Assembly: GCF_006345805.1 (NCBI RefSeq)
Contig: NC_043008.1
Span: 19,096,001 to 19,160,000, forward strand
From: Octopus sinensis
Taxonomy: Eukaryota
DNA: 64,000 nucleotides
Reading direction: 5' to 3'
Below the pieces are notes generated by a model that had not been told where the DNA came from, searched no databases, and saw only the letters and a program-made list of their open reading frames with translations. Made by a program: the position numbers and the translations under genes. Below, piece after piece: positions 42,101 through 56,231 of this stretch. How positions within the stretch are numbered: the stretch's first letter is position 1; every line of letters begins with the position of its first letter.

Positions 42101-42912
42101 TCCATCACCCCACTTCAATCATCATTTTATTATCCACCCCTCTCTCTCTTTCACTCACTCTCTCTCTCTCTCTCATCCTCTACCACCACCACCTGTGATG
42201 CTTACCCTGGCCTACACAACCCGCTCCATCACCTTACCACATTGTCCCCCACTTTCTAATCCCTTCCCACTACAGCTAATCCCTTCCTTACTCTAAACTC
42301 CTAATAGTTTCTGCTCTGTTACACTCTCCACCACCACCACCCTCATCATATCTTAATATCTTTTATCACTTTGCTTACAGTCATTCACTTTCTCTCCCCA
42401 CCTCTCTCTCCTATTCTTCTTTATTTATAGGGGCCTCTTTAGGACCTTTCATCTTGCAAGCTGCAAAGTGTCCTTATCGGTGCTTCAGTCACAATAAAAG
42501 TACCCAGTACCCTCTGTCCAGGGGTTGGTGCTAAGAAGGATGCCCAGCCGTAGAAATCATAGCAGAACAGGTACTAGAACAGAACATGGTCCTGGGCCAC
42601 ATCCTTTTGAGTGTTGGGCCTCACAGGAGCAATAACTAAGACCTTTGGCATTATGTTGTACTTGAAGAAGGCCCATCAAGCCAAGCAGAATCACAGATAC
42701 CGGTGTCATGCAAATGGCACCCATGCTGGTGGAACATAAAAGCACTCATTACACTCTCAGAGTGGTTGGCATTAGGAAGGGCATTCAGCTGTAGAAAACC
42801 ATGCCAAGTTAGACTGGATCTTGGCACAGCCTTCCAGCATGCCAGCCCTGTTAAACTGTCCAATCCATGCCAGCATGGACAACAGGCATTAATAACGATG
42901 ATGAGATGATGA

Positions 42913-43029
<117 letters not shown>

Positions 43030-43356
43030 GACATAGATATATATATATATCACATATATATATATAGACATATATATACTACAATTATATATATATATAT
43101 ACATATATATATAGATATTATATATATACACATTAACAAAATTTAACTACATGTGCACTGTTGGTGATTTATTTTCCTCCTTCTTTTTCTTTTGGACTTT
43201 CCCATTTTTCCTGTTTCCGAATAAGTGCTATGCTCCAAACGTAAAACAACCACTCTTTCTTTTCTTCTCTGAGCATCTTATTAATACTTTGCATGTCCCA
43301 TGTCCTCATGTTGTTGTTGTTTTTTTCTTGTCTGTTTTTCTCCATTTTTAAAATTT

Positions 43357-43388
<32 letters not shown>

Positions 43389-43567
43389 TGTATGTATGTA
43401 TGTATGTATGTATGTATGTATGTATGTAGCATGTATGTATGTATTATGTATGTTTGTATGTATGTTTGTATGTATGTATATATGTATGCATGTATGTATG
43501 CATGTATGTATAAATATATATATATGTATATATATGTGTGTGTGTGTGTGCGTGCGTGTGTGTGAAG

Positions 43568-43897
43568 GCGCATGGCTTAGTGGTTAGAGCGTTGAGCTTA
43601 CGATTCTTAGGTTGTGAGCTCAAATCCTGGACCGGGCTGCATGTTGTGTTCTTGAGCAAGACACTTTATTTCACGTTGCTTCTGTTCACTCAGCTATAGA
43701 AATGATTTGCGACATCATAGGTGCCAAGCTGTAATTGGCCTTTGCCTTTCCCTTGGATAACACTGGTAGCATGGAGAGGGGAGGCCAGTATGCATGGGCA
43801 ACTGCTGCTCTTCCATAAACAACCTTGCTCGGACTTGTGCCTGAGAGGGTAATTTTCTAGGTGCAATCCTACGGTCAGTGTTGTGACCGAAGGGGGT
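43568..43897 (+). mobile_element. tRNA-derived SINE family D (ttgagcaagacactttatttcac core), representative copy
   Basis: tRNA-like head ggcgcatggcttagtggttagagc; other copies 19600-19910(-), 57768-58090(+), 59221-59775(+, MITE-interrupted), partials near 9150-9335, 39360-39490, 53580-53690. Confidence 0.85.
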
Positions 43898-44059
43898 AAA
43901 AGAGTTAAATTTGTCTTCGGACTAGAGTCTGATGAGTCATCCACGAAGCTACAGCTTTCATGGATGTGAAACCATTGTTCATTTTATGACCTGACATTAA
44001 ATTATTACTTTAACATAATATATACATATATTATATATATATATATATATAGATATATA

Positions 44060-44461
44060 TCTTTAATATATCAAAGAAGGTTGTGTGTCTGTCTACTCCG
44101 ATTTAGATTCCTAACTACTCCCACATTTTGCGGTGCAGTTTAAAACCAAACCAGTATCTTATAGTCGTATTCATATCGAGCCCTTCTGGGTATTAGCACG
44201 CGTCTACGATGAGTCTACGATTAAAAAAATAATTTACCATCATTTTTTTCCATTCTAATGCATTTTTTCGTTATTATATAAGAAAGTAACTCTCTAAAAA
44301 TGTCTACGATGAGTCAACGATTAAAAAAAAATTACCATCATTTTTTTTTTTTTTTCCATTTTTTAATGCATTTTTTGGCTATTTTTGGGCTATAACTCTC
44401 TAAAAATGCTTATATAGTTATTTCCCTTACAAACCCGAGCAACGCCGGGTGATACTGCTAG
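44060..44461 (+). mobile_element. Non-autonomous Helitron, ~400 bp
   Basis: A|TC 5' start, gtgtgtctgtct near the 5' end, hairpin acccg-agcaacgc-cgggt (44433-44450) just before the CTAG|T 3' end; internal ~70-bp direct duplication (44203-44270 / 44302-44375). Confidence 0.85.
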
Positions 44462-45053
44462 TAAATATATATATATAATATAAGATTCAGTTGAATTAGG
44501 TACATAAATTGAGGCACCTCGTTAGGCTGGAATGATATACACACACAACAATATTATGTAATTATCAAACTTGGTACATAAGTACCAGCCGAATGATATA
44601 CATTCAGTGCATGTAGACAATTAGATCCAGCTGAGTGAAGAAATCCGCTCTCGCTCTATTCAGACATGCACATTATATTAAATATACAGTCCATAATATT
44701 TACAAAGGGGACATTCTGAGAGAGGTGAAAAAAATATGTGTAGCAGTAGAGATACAGGTATCAATCAATTATGGCTGTTTCTAACAACTCCTTTAATTGA
44801 TTAATGAAAATGTTACATCATGATAAAGAAACCGTTTTTGTCAGATGAATTTTGGCGTTAGGAAGGGCATCCAGCTGTAGAAACATTGCCAGATAAGACC
44901 GGAGCCTGGTGCAGCCTTCTGGCTTCCCAGATCCCCGGTCGAACCGTCCAACCCATGCTAGAATGGAGAACAGACGTTAAACGATGATGATGATGATGAT
45001 GAATTCATCCACTTCAAAGTAAAGGACATTCAAAATGATTTAATATTGTTTAA

Positions 45054-45274
45054 CCCTTTTGTAACCAACCCGGCTGAAACCGGCTCTCGCTCTGTAATAT
45101 AAATGTCTTGTTTTCATAAGCTTTTAATTAAAACCTTCCACCAAACCTTAGTCACAATTTATGTTCCTAACACTAGCTTACTGATAACTAAGTTATTTTA
45201 CAAAATTCTTTGTTATATTTAAAATAATTGAGAGAAACACAGAACATCTCAAAATAAATACAGTAACGAAAGGG
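45054..45274. mobile_element. piggyBac-type MITE, 221 bp
   Basis: TTAA at 45050-45053 and 45275-45278; TIRs cccttttgtaac / rc ccctttcgttac. Confidence 0.85.
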
Positions 45275-45360
45275 TTAAAATCCATGGAGCATTTACAATG
45301 ATTCTACTACTATTTCAATTGACAGAAATATATACATATATTTATATATACATATATATA

Positions 45361-45498
45361 CCGGGTGATTCAAGAGTCACCATACATAGGAAAACTTTAT
45401 TTTTTTTATAAGAAACAGCTAAATAAAAAAATCTGTTGGCCACAGCTCTGAGCTGAAACTAGATGGAAAAACTGTATGGCGACTTTTGAATTACCCAG
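45361..45498. mobile_element. Tc1/mariner-type MITE, 138 bp
   Basis: 25-bp TIRs ccgggtgattcaagagtcaccatac vs rc ctgggtaattcaaaagtcgccatac; TA on both sides. Confidence 0.85.
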
Positions 45499-45639
45499 TA
45501 TATATATATATATATATAGGTGAGAAAGTTAAATTCAAATTACACTGAACGTAAACAAACAAACAAAGTTTGCTTTAGAAGCGTTAAGATATCTTTGAAA
45601 GTTAAAGAAGTGATTTTCAATTCTCAAACACAAGATATA

Positions 45640-46338
45640 TATATATATGTATGTATGTATGTATTGTATGTATGTTGTATGTAGTATAGTATGTATGTAT
45701 GTATGTATGTGCATGTATGTATGTATGTATGTATGGTATGTATGAGTGTTGTGTGTATGTAAGTATGTATGTATTGTATGTATGTATGTATGTATGTATG
45801 TATGTATGTGTGTGTATGTATGTATGTATGTATGTGTGCTTGTATGTATGTATGTATGTATGTATGTATGTATGTATGTAGTATGTTGCATGTATGTAGT
45901 ATGTGTGTGTGTATGTATGTATGTATGTATGTATGTAGTATGTATGTATGTATGTGTATTATGTATGTATGTATGTGTGTGTGTGATGATGTATGTATGA
46001 TGTGTGTGTGTATGTATGTATGTATGTATGTTTGCATGTATGTATGTATGTGTGTGTGTATGTATGTATGTATGTATGTATGTATGTATGTATGTAGTAT
46101 GTATGTATGTTGTGTGGTATTGTAGGTATGTATGTATGTATGTATGATGTATGTATGTATGTATGTATGTATCTATGTGTGTGTATGTATGTATGTATGT
46201 ATGTATGTATGGATGTATGTATGTATGTATGTATGTATGTATGTATGTGTGTGTGTATGTATGTATGTATGTATGTATGTGTGTGTGTATGTATGTATGT
46301 ATGTATGTATGTATGTTTGCATGCATATGTGTGTCTTT

Positions 46339-46370
<32 letters not shown>
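45640..46370. repeat. (ATGT)n microsatellite
   Basis: Direct reading; similar tracts at 41250-41740 and 43340-43560. Confidence 0.97.
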
Positions 46371-46572
46371 GTCCACTCTGCTGGATAGTTGGAGTTAAGA
46401 AGGACATCCAGCTGTAAAAATCCTGCCAAAACAGTCACAGAAGTCTTGTGCAGGCTTCTGCTTGGCCAGCACCTGTTAAACCATTCCACCCATGCCAAGC
46501 ATGGAAGCAGGCATTAAACAATGATGATGATGATGATGATGATATATATATGTATGTATATATGTATGTATG

Positions 46573-46606
<34 letters not shown>

Positions 46607-47215
46607 TGTATATGAATGTGTGTGTGTGTGTGTGTGAGGGGGAGAGAGAGAGAGAGAAGAAAATAGAGAAATTGACATACAGACATCAGTTTATTCAAAA
46701 ATATTCAAATCAATATGATATGAAATTCTTATCCCTACAGCCATTTTCATATCCAATTAATTCAATTAGAGAAATTAAATTGAATTAAATTAATCTAAAA
46801 TTTTCATATTGAAAATTGGGTATTTTATCAGGGGAGAATTCCACACACATACACACATACACACAAACACGCATACACACAAACACACGCATACACCATA
46901 GAGCTATAATTAGGAGATGTATAATTTGATAGAGAAAGAAAGATTTATTTGTATAAGAACGTTTATGATGAAAAAATATGAATGAAGAGAAGCAAAAATG
47001 TAAAGAGAAAATATAGGCAGGAACTAATTTCTTTGTAAAATAAAAATAAAATTGCAAGTACAGAAAAAAAAAAATATATATATATATCAGAAATGTGGGA
47101 AGAAAAATATATAGGATGTCAAGAATGAAGTAGATTAAATTTATTAAGTAATATGTAACAATCATCAGGGTTTTTTATAAATGAATTAGGTTAAGGAAGC
47201 AAGTGCAGAAGAGAA

Positions 47216-47672
47216 ACTGCATGTGTAGAAGAAATAGATGGCAAAGAGAGAAGAAGAACTGCATGTGTAGAAGAAATAGATGGCAAAGAGAGAAGAAGAA
47301 CTGCATGTGTAGAAGAAATAGATGGCAAGAGAGAAGAAGAACTGCATGTGTAGAAGAAATAGATGGCAAGAGAGAAGAAGAACTGCATGTGTAGAAGAAA
47401 TAGATGGCAAAGAGAGAAGAAGAACTGCATGTGTAGAAGAAATAGATGGCAAAGAGAGAAGAAGAACTGCATGTGTAGAAGAAATAGATGGCAAAGAGAG
47501 AAGAAGAACTGCATGTGTAGAAGAAATAGATGGCAAAGAGAGAAGAAGAACTGCATGTGTAGAAGAAATAGATGGCAAAGAGAGAAGAGAACTGCATGTG
47601 TAGAAGAATAGATGGCAAAGAGAGAAGAAGAACTGCATGTGTAGAAGAAATAGATGGCAAAGAGAGAAGAAG
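47216..47672. repeat. Minisatellite, 41-42-bp unit x11 (actgcatgtgtagaagaaatagatggcaaagagagaagaaga)
   Basis: Unit starts at 47216, 47258, 47300, 47341, 47382, 47424, 47466, 47508, 47550, 47591, 47632. Confidence 0.97.
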
Positions 47673-47734
47673 TTCGCCGACACAACAGGACGGTTTTTGT
47701 CTTGGAGGCTGAATAGATGGTGGAGGGGGGAGAA

Positions 47735-48200
47735 TGGGTAAGAGGGAGAGGAGGAGGAGGGGTATGACGACGATGGTGAGGATGACAATGACAGCAAGAA
47801 CAAAGAGGACAAGAAGAGAAGAAGAAGAAGAAGAAGAAGAAGAAGAGAAGAAGGAAAGGGAAGAAGAAGAAGAAGAAGAAGGAAAAGGAGAAGAAGAAGA
47901 AGAAGAAGAAGAAGAAGAAGAAGGAGGAGGACAAGAAGAAGAAGATGAAGAAGAAGGAGGAGGAGGAGAAGAAAAGAAGAAGAAGACGACAACAACGAAG
48001 AAGATGAAGGAGAAGGAGGAGGAGGAGGGAGATGAAGAAGAAGATGAAGGAGAAGGAGGAGGAGGAGGGAGATGAAGAAGAAGATGAAGAAGATGAAGAA
48101 GGCGAAGAAGAAGAAGAAGAAGAAGAAGAACAACAACAACAACAACAACAACAACAAGAGGAAGAAGAAGAAGAAGAAGAAGAAGAAGAAGAAGACAAGC
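47735..48200. repeat. (GAA/GAG)n purine microsatellite
   Basis: Direct reading. Confidence 0.97.
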
Positions 48201-49409
48201 ATAATGAAAAGCTAATTGACTAATTAGATGTCAAAAATTTGCAGATGGGTTGGGGGAGAGATGGGGGGGTTGAAATACAAAATAAAACAAATGGAAAATT
48301 AATGAGTTTTTTTTTCCTTGACATCTGTTTCTGGTAAATATGTACATTTTCTTCTTCACTTGCTTCTTTACTTTTATTTTGTTTTGGTCATTGGACTGTG
48401 ACCATTCTGGAGCACCGCCTTGAAAGGTTTAAAGTGGAAGAACAGGTCAACCCCAATGCTTACTTTTTAAAGTTTAGTACTCATTTTATTGGTCTCTTTT
48501 GCCAATCTGCTAAGTAACAAGGATGTAAACAAACCAGCATCTGTTGTCAGGTAGTGGTGGAGGACTAACACAAAGACACATGCAATGGGCTTCCACACAG
48601 TTTCCATCCACCAGATTCAATTACAAGGTATTGGTCAGCCCAAGGCTACAGCAAAAGACGAGACACTTGCCCAAGGTCACACACAGTGGCACTGAACATG
48701 AAACCACCATGGAAGATGGACATTAAGTGGTGGTGGTGGTGGCGGCGGCGGTGGTGGTGGTGGCGGCGGCGGTGGTGGTGGTGGTAGTGGTGGTGGCGGT
48801 GGTGGTGGTAGTGGTTGGTGGCGGTGGTGGCTGCGGTGGTGGTGGCAGTGGTGGTGGCGGCGGTGGTGGTGGTGTTGGTGGTGATGATGATGATACATTA
48901 ATTTCATCCACTGTCTTGTTATTTGTTTCAGTTATTTGACAGCGGCCATGCTGGGGCACCACTGCGAAAGTTTACCATCAAGCAAATCAACCTCAGCACT
49001 CATTTTTTTAAGCCTGCTAGTAATTCCATTTGTGTCTTTTGCTGAACTGCTAAGTTATGGGAATGCAAACAAATACAAAATTCCACAAAGTTTCACAAAG
49101 TGGAACTCAACTCAAAAACTTGTAGATGGGAAGCAAACATCTCACTACACAACCATGTCTATGCCTATTTTGAAATGAATAATTACTATTTATATTAAGC
49201 CAGTGAGCTGGCAGAGTTGTTAGCACATTGGCCAAAATGCTTGGTGGCATTTCATGTCTTGACATTCCGAGTTCAAATTCCACTGAGGTCAACTTTGCCT
49301 TTTATCGCTTTCAGGGTAGATAAAATAAGTACCAGTTGAACACTGGGGTTGATGCAATTGACTTTTTCCTCCCCTAAAATTGCTGGCCTTGTGCAAAAAT
49401 TTTAAACCA

Positions 49410-49442
<33 letters not shown>

Positions 49443-49675
49443 GCTATTAAAGCAGTGAGCTGGCAGAATCATTAGCACACCGGGCAAAATGCTTAGTGAC
49501 ATGTTGTCTGTCTTGACATTCAGAGTTCAAATTCCACCAAGGTCGACTTTGACTTTCATCCTTTTCGGGGTTGAGAAAATAAGTACCACTTTGAAACACT
49601 AGGGATTGATATAATCGACTTACTCAACCACCGCCCCCAAGCTTCCTAGCTTTGTGCCAAAATTTGGAATTAATT

Positions 49676-50178
49676 ATTATTACTTCTGCCTAAGTGAAGG
49701 TGGAGGTTTTTGTTTTCAGTCGTGTTTGTTTGTTTGTTTGTCTGTGGACAAGATATCTCAAGAATCACCGGATGGATTTGGATGAAATTATCAGGGATAA
49801 TTTCTTACAAAAAATCTAATGCTCTTTGCTTGGATTTTCTTGGGGGCAACCAGATCAAACAGTCTCAAGTGTAACTGCCCAAAACTATAGAGACATCTGG
49901 TAACTTGACTGATGAAAGGATGCCACACAAATGACCAATCCCCAAGTCTAATTATCGTGAATGGCATGATTAGACTTGGGGATTGATCTGGTACCGGACA
50001 AGGATTCTGGATTATTTTTCCTGTTTTTTACTTAATTTTTGAGAGTGGTCAGGTTCATTTTTAGTATTCTTGTTTGTGAGAGCAGTCGAGTTTATTTCAG
50101 ATATTCTCATTTTAAAAATCATTGAGAGGACGTTGGTGTTGCCTTGGCAGAGGTTTGCGCTTTCTGAATGCTCTTGTT
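49676..50178 (+). mobile_element. Helentron-associated non-autonomous element (HINE/DINE-1-like)
   Basis: Sub-terminal inverted repeats acttctgcctaag (49682-49694) / ccttggcagaggt (50142-50154), (gttt)n near the 5' end, 3' gcgctttctgaatgc hairpin remnant, T-rich termini. Confidence 0.72.
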
Positions 50179-53066
50179 ATTTACTATCTCGTTTTAGATA
50201 GACACTACGCTCCCTGTCTACCTATACAACTCATCCCTAATGCAAGCATAAAAAACATTGATCTCATGGAAGTTCTATTGGTAACAAATTCCATTGCAAA
50301 ACTTAATATAACAATATCACACACTAGCACCAGTTCACATCTTGTTAACCATCAACAGGAATGTGTCACATTACAGAAGTTTTTTCTTATTTCTTTATTG
50401 CCCACAAAGGGCTGAACATAGAGGGGACAGACAAACAAGGACAGACAAATGGATTAAGTCGATTATATCGACAACTGTGCATAACTAGTACGTATTTAAT
50501 CGACCCCGAAAGGATGAAAGGCAAAGTCGACCTTGGCAGAATTTGAACTCAGAACGTAAAGACAGACGAAATACCGCTAAGCATTTCGCCCGGCGTGCTA
50601 ACATTTCTGCCAGTTTGCGGCCTTTTATTCTTTTGACTTTTGAGTTGCTTCCCTTGTTTTTGACTTGGGCATTGCCCAACAATGTTTACCTATCCTCATT
50701 ACAGGTATAATCTCAGATAACTGATGTTATTTTGTCTTGCTGAATTAAGTATGTCAAAACTTCATTTTTTTAGACAATTTCCTATTTGTGTTTACGTGAA
50801 CAACCCAAATCTTCCAAACTCTACAATAAAACTGTGGAAAACAGAAAACATAACAAATAACCACTTTGTGAAATGGCTCATTCCGGAAAACTCTTCAAAC
50901 AGTTTATCATTCAAGGAGCTTTATTGTTCTGAACAACATAAAAGAACAAAAATCAGGAAGTATGAGAAAATAAAATAACATAAAACTGAAGTCCTGTTAT
51001 GTTTTTAATAATGCAAATTTTCAAAGAAATGCTTTGTGTGTCTATATATATATGTTATACTTCCTTTTTCTTGCTCCCCTTCTCTCACATTTCTTGGCCC
51101 TTTAACTCCTTTCTTTAACTCCTACTTTTCCTCTTTGTTTATCTCTCCTGTACCTTTCCCTTTGTCACTATGATTTTTTCTAATCTTTTGACCCCGCTGC
51201 CCCCTACCCATCTCTCCTCCTTCCACATGACAGGTGTTCAGCCAGCCATGATCTTTCTCTCTTGACCTGACTGCCAACTGCCAGCACCACTTATGTCCAT
51301 CTCTTTTGTTCCTGCCTCAAAGCTTTCACATTATACAAGCCAGCTCAATTTGATTTGTCACCAGTCAAAAGACACCTGTTGTTATATTCTTGTTGTTTGT
51401 ATTTGTACTTATGTAACATGTTCTCCATTTCTTGTCTTTGTTGTTATATACATTCCCTTGCTTTCTTACAAAAAAATCTAATGCTCTTAGCTTAGACATT
51501 TTTGGGGGCAACCAGATCAAACAGTCTCAAGTGTAACTGCCCGAAACTGTAGAGACATCTGGTAACTTGACTGATGAAAGAAAGCCACAAATGACCCATT
51601 TTTTTTTCCTATCTCTCTAATTGTCGCTTTTCCTGTCTGCCTTGTATCATCTATCTGTCTAGACGTATTATTTTCCTCTGGACGTATTATTTTCCTCTAT
51701 TACGTTTTTGTTCCATTTTTTAATATTTATATTTATCATCATCATCATCATCATCATTGTTTAGTGTCTGCTTTCCATGCTAGCATGGGTTGGACGGTTC
51801 AACTGGGGTCTGGGAAGCCAGAAGGCTGCACCAGGCCGAGTCTGATCTGGCAATGTTTCTATGGCTGGATGCCTTTCCTAACGCCAACCACTATATATAT
51901 ATAGGTGCAGGTATGGCTATGCATAGGCACAGGCATGACTTCCCACCCACATGGTTCCAAGTTCAGTTCCACTGCATGGCACCTTGTACAAGGGTCTTCT
52001 ACTACAGCCTCAGGCCAACCATAGCCTTGTGAGTGGATTTGGTGGATAGAAACTGAAAGAAGCCCGTCATGTATATATATATATCTATGAGGAAAACCCT
52101 CAGTTACAGAGACATAAACAAACCGACACCGGGTGTCAAGTGATGGTGGGAGGGGCCAAACACAATGACACACACACACACACACAGATACATACATACA
52201 TATATTTATATATACCCACACAATGGTCTTCTTTCAGTTTCTGCCTACAGAATCCCAAATCCACTAACAAGGCTTTAGTCAGCCCGTGGCTATAGTAAAA
52301 GACACTCGCCACCCAATGTGCCACTCAGTAGGACTGAACCTCTGAACCGTGTGGTCAGGAAGCAAGCTTCTTACCACACAGCCACACCTGCATACATATA
52401 TAGATAGGTTTATAAGTAGATACGTGCATAAGTTTATTATTAGCTAAATCATCAGGTCACTGCATTTATGTTTTTAACCACATTTTTTGGCAATAGCATA
52501 TAATTGTGTGGTAATTCTTTCTCTAGACCACCCTTTAACTATTTCTCGCAGTTAGAAGGTAAACAGAAACAAAAGAAAAACAGGGGACAGGGTTGGGTAG
52601 GATAGGTTGGTAATCCTGAATGTGAATGTCTTTCAGGAGGAATCTCAAGCTACAAGTTTATTTATTCATCTTGTTTAAAATACAATTAACATCAATCAAT
52701 CAACAAGTATTAGCCAACTTCAAATAGTCAAATTGACTTAGATTCTTGTTTCAGACTTAAGTAAATACACAAACATACATACCCACACGTTCGCGAATAA
52801 GGAGGTATGTTTTAGCTCGTATACAAACGTCTGTGTGCATTAGTGTATGTGTGTGGTGTGTGTGTGTGTGTGTGTCTGTATTCACACACATCTGTTTGTC
52901 TGTCTGTCTGTCTGCCTATCTATATATCTATCTATCTATACACACACACACATATATATAAAGACATATATACATACATATATGCATACATACACATATA
53001 TATACATATATAAATACACACACACATAAATAAATATATATATATATAGTATATATATATATATAC

Positions 53067-53119
<53 letters not shown>

Positions 53120-53310
53120 ATATATTATATTATATATATAATAATATATATACATATATACATGTATACATATATAGTATATGGAAATGAAACACGGAAG
53201 ATGGAATATATGAGAATTATAAATATGTATATATGCATACATATACAAGCATATAATATATGTACATACATATATGTTATATATATATATATTATATATA
53301 TAGAATAATA

Positions 53311-53342
<32 letters not shown>

Positions 53343-53779
53343 ATATATATAATATATTATATATATATGTATATATATAGAATATATATATACATCATAT
53401 ACTCTCTACTCTCCTGTTGTTAGACAACATATGAGGGTTGCCTTTTTGTAGCTAAACAACCACACAGATGGTTTGTTTATAGTGATCAAATATTTGTGTA
53501 CACATAAGCGCACTCCCTCCATCAGATTGACATTACCTGTACAGGTACAACAGGTGCCACATGTCAGATGACAAAATGATAGCAGAACAATGTGAAAGGA
53601 AGTGCTTTGCTCAAGAACACAACGGAATGCCTAATCTGGGAATTGAACCCAAGATCTCGCACTAACCACTAAGCCATGTGCCTTCACATACATGTGTGTG
53701 TGTGTGTGTGAAGTATTACTACTGTTACAAACAGTAATAGTGAGGTGACTAGCAAGACTTCTACCTAAACAGGTATAAA

Positions 53780-54015
53780 AAGGCGGTGAACTGGCAGAAA
53801 TGTTGGATCGCCGGGGGAAATGCTTAACGGTATTTTGTCTGCCGCTACGTTCTGAGTTCAAATTCCGCCGAGGTCGACTTTGCCTTTCATCCTCTCGGGG
53901 TCGATTAAATAAGTACCAGTTACGCACTGGAGTTGATATAATTGACTTAATCCGTTTGTCTATCCTTGTTTGTCCCTTCTGTGTTTAGCCCCTTGTGGGT
54001 AGTAAAGAAATAGGT
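53780..54015 (+). mobile_element. SINE family C (head ggcggcgagctggcagaaacgttagc, B-box-like gagttcaaattcc, tail aaagaaata), representative copy
   Basis: Other copies or arrays: 8080-8415(-), 10815-11630(-), 13290-13525(-), 16420-17590(-), 20325-20930(+), 26935-27165(+), 33530-33720(-), 40255-40470(+), 49200-49670(+), 50380-50625(-). Confidence 0.88.
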
Positions 54016-54414
54016 ATAAAATATTTGATGAAAAGAAGGGTAAAGAATAAAAGAATATATAAGTGTGTGTGTGTGTGTGGTGTGTGTGTGTGTGTGTTTG
54101 CCATACCTCAACACAACCACTTGGCAACTGGTGTTGGTTTATTTTCATCCTCATTACTTAGCGATTCAACACAGAGGCAGACAGAATAAGTACTGAGGAG
54201 TGCAAAGCATGTTTGTCATGCACAGCATGAAATCAATTGATATTGGGGTATGTATTAAACTACCTTCAAATTCCATCCTGAAGGTAGGCCTATTCTTTAA
54301 AATATTCATTACATTGCTGATGTGTGTATTTATCATAGAATTGGTGGTTTTTGAAGCTTTCACTTTAATTTTTTAGCAAGAGATATCTTTGCCCTTCCTT
54401 TCTTCATATATATA

Positions 54415-54973
54415 TTGGGTTGTCCAGAAAGTCCGTGCCGATTTTTAAAGAAAAAGGTCAATAAATACTTGCCATTACATTTTTAATCAGCCAAATATGA
54501 ACCATTTTGTTGCACAATGCATTTCCATCTTTCCTTTAACTTGAAAATACCCTTTTCCCAGAATTGAGGTGGTTCTATGGCAAAGAATTCATCAAGGTAT
54601 CTTTTTACGTCATCCAAGGAATTGAAATTTTACCATTAAGACTATTCTGCAGAAACCTGAATAAGTGGAAATCCGAAGGAGCAATATCTGGTGAATATGG
54701 AGAGTTGGGTAACACATCCCAGCCAAGCTGCAGCAATATTTGTCTGGTTCCCAAAGCATCAAGTGCTGAAAATGAACTTTCTTATCTTCCATTTTAAAGG
54801 GTTACAGAATTAACAAGGTTGTAGGAACGTAAACCTTCTTCCACGAAAAGATAGCTTAAACTGTGCTCTAAATGGAGGTGTAGTCAAATCCTATTTTATG
54901 GACTCAACCATGTTCTAAAATAAGTCGACAGGTAAGCTACTATAAATCGGCACAAACTTTCTGGACAACCCAA
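54415..54973 (-). mobile_element. Internally deleted mariner (Tc1/mariner) element with transposase C-terminal remnant
   Basis: 30-bp TIRs ttgggttgtccagaaagt(cc/tt)gtgccgattt (28/30) flanked by TA. Minus strand encodes LGWDVLPNSPYSPDIAPSDFHLFRFLQNSLNGK (frameshift) FNSLDDVKRYLDEFFAIEPPQFWEKGIFKLKERWKCIVQQNGSYLAD*. Confidence 0.93.
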
Positions 54974-55650
54974 TATATATATATGTGTGTTGTGTGTGTG
55001 TGTATTTGTGTCTTTATGTCTGTGTTTGTCCCTACATCAGCGCTTGACAATCGGTGTGTGTTTACATCCCCGTAACTTAGTGTTTCAGCAAAAAAAAATA
55101 AGCTATAAGTCCTGGGCTCGATTTGTTCAACTAAAATTCAAGGCAGTGTTCCAGCATGGCCACAGTCAAATGACTGAAACAAGTGAAAGAGTATAAGAAT
55201 ATATACATACATATATATATATATATATGTGTGTGTGTGTACGTGTCATGTGAGTATGTATTCAATTGTAGCATGCACGTGTGAGCATGTATGTATGTGT
55301 GTGTGTGTGTGTGTGTGTGAGCATGTATGTATGTGTGTGTGTGTGTGTGAGTGCTATTTTTAAATGCTTTATGAATGAAGAATATAAGTCACTGAAAACC
55401 TGTTTCCATCCTGATATTTTCGACAAATAAAATAACTAATTAGTTGAGCAACATACTGAACTTTAGAAGAATCTAGAATATATTTTCCCTATCCTATTTA
55501 TATATGTGAACAACATGTTATCTGGGAACATAAATATCAAAGGTGTCATGTTGAATGCCTTTATTTAGTATTTCACATTGATATATATGTGTGTGTGTGT
55601 GTATTTATGTATATCATCATCATCGCTGTCATCATTGTTTAACATCTGTG

Positions 55651-55689
<39 letters not shown>

Positions 55690-55695
55690 ATATAG

Positions 55696-55771
<76 letters not shown>

Positions 55772-55791
55772 GGGTTGATAGATAGATAGAC

Positions 55792-55825
<34 letters not shown>

Positions 55826-55851
55826 GTAGATGGGTTGATAGATAGATAGAC

Positions 55852-55891
<40 letters not shown>

Positions 55892-55903
55892 GGGTAGATA
55901 GAG

Positions 55904-55951
<48 letters not shown>

Positions 55952-55997
55952 GGGTAGATAGAGAGATATAGTTAGATAGATATAGATACATAGATAG

Positions 55998-56037
<40 letters not shown>

Positions 56038-56193
56038 GCAGGCATGGCTGTGTGGTAAGAAGCTTGCTTCCCAACCACATGGTTCCAGGTTCAGTCACAC
56101 TGCATGGCACCTTAGGCAAGTGTCTTTTACAATAGCTTCGGGCCAACCAAAGCCATAGGAGTAGATTTGGTAAGCAGAAACTGAAAGAAGCCC

Positions 56194-56231
<38 letters not shown>

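Noticed and set aside
47175-48223. 335-338-aa ORFs with repeated SSTHAVLLLSLPS / EEIDGKERRRTAC units
   Set aside because: Produced by the 42-bp minisatellite and (GAA)n; frames shift with the 41-bp units; no splice or domain evidence
51540-51590. CGAAAC followed by CTGATGA (type II hammerhead order)
   Set aside because: No stem II complementarity between the flanks
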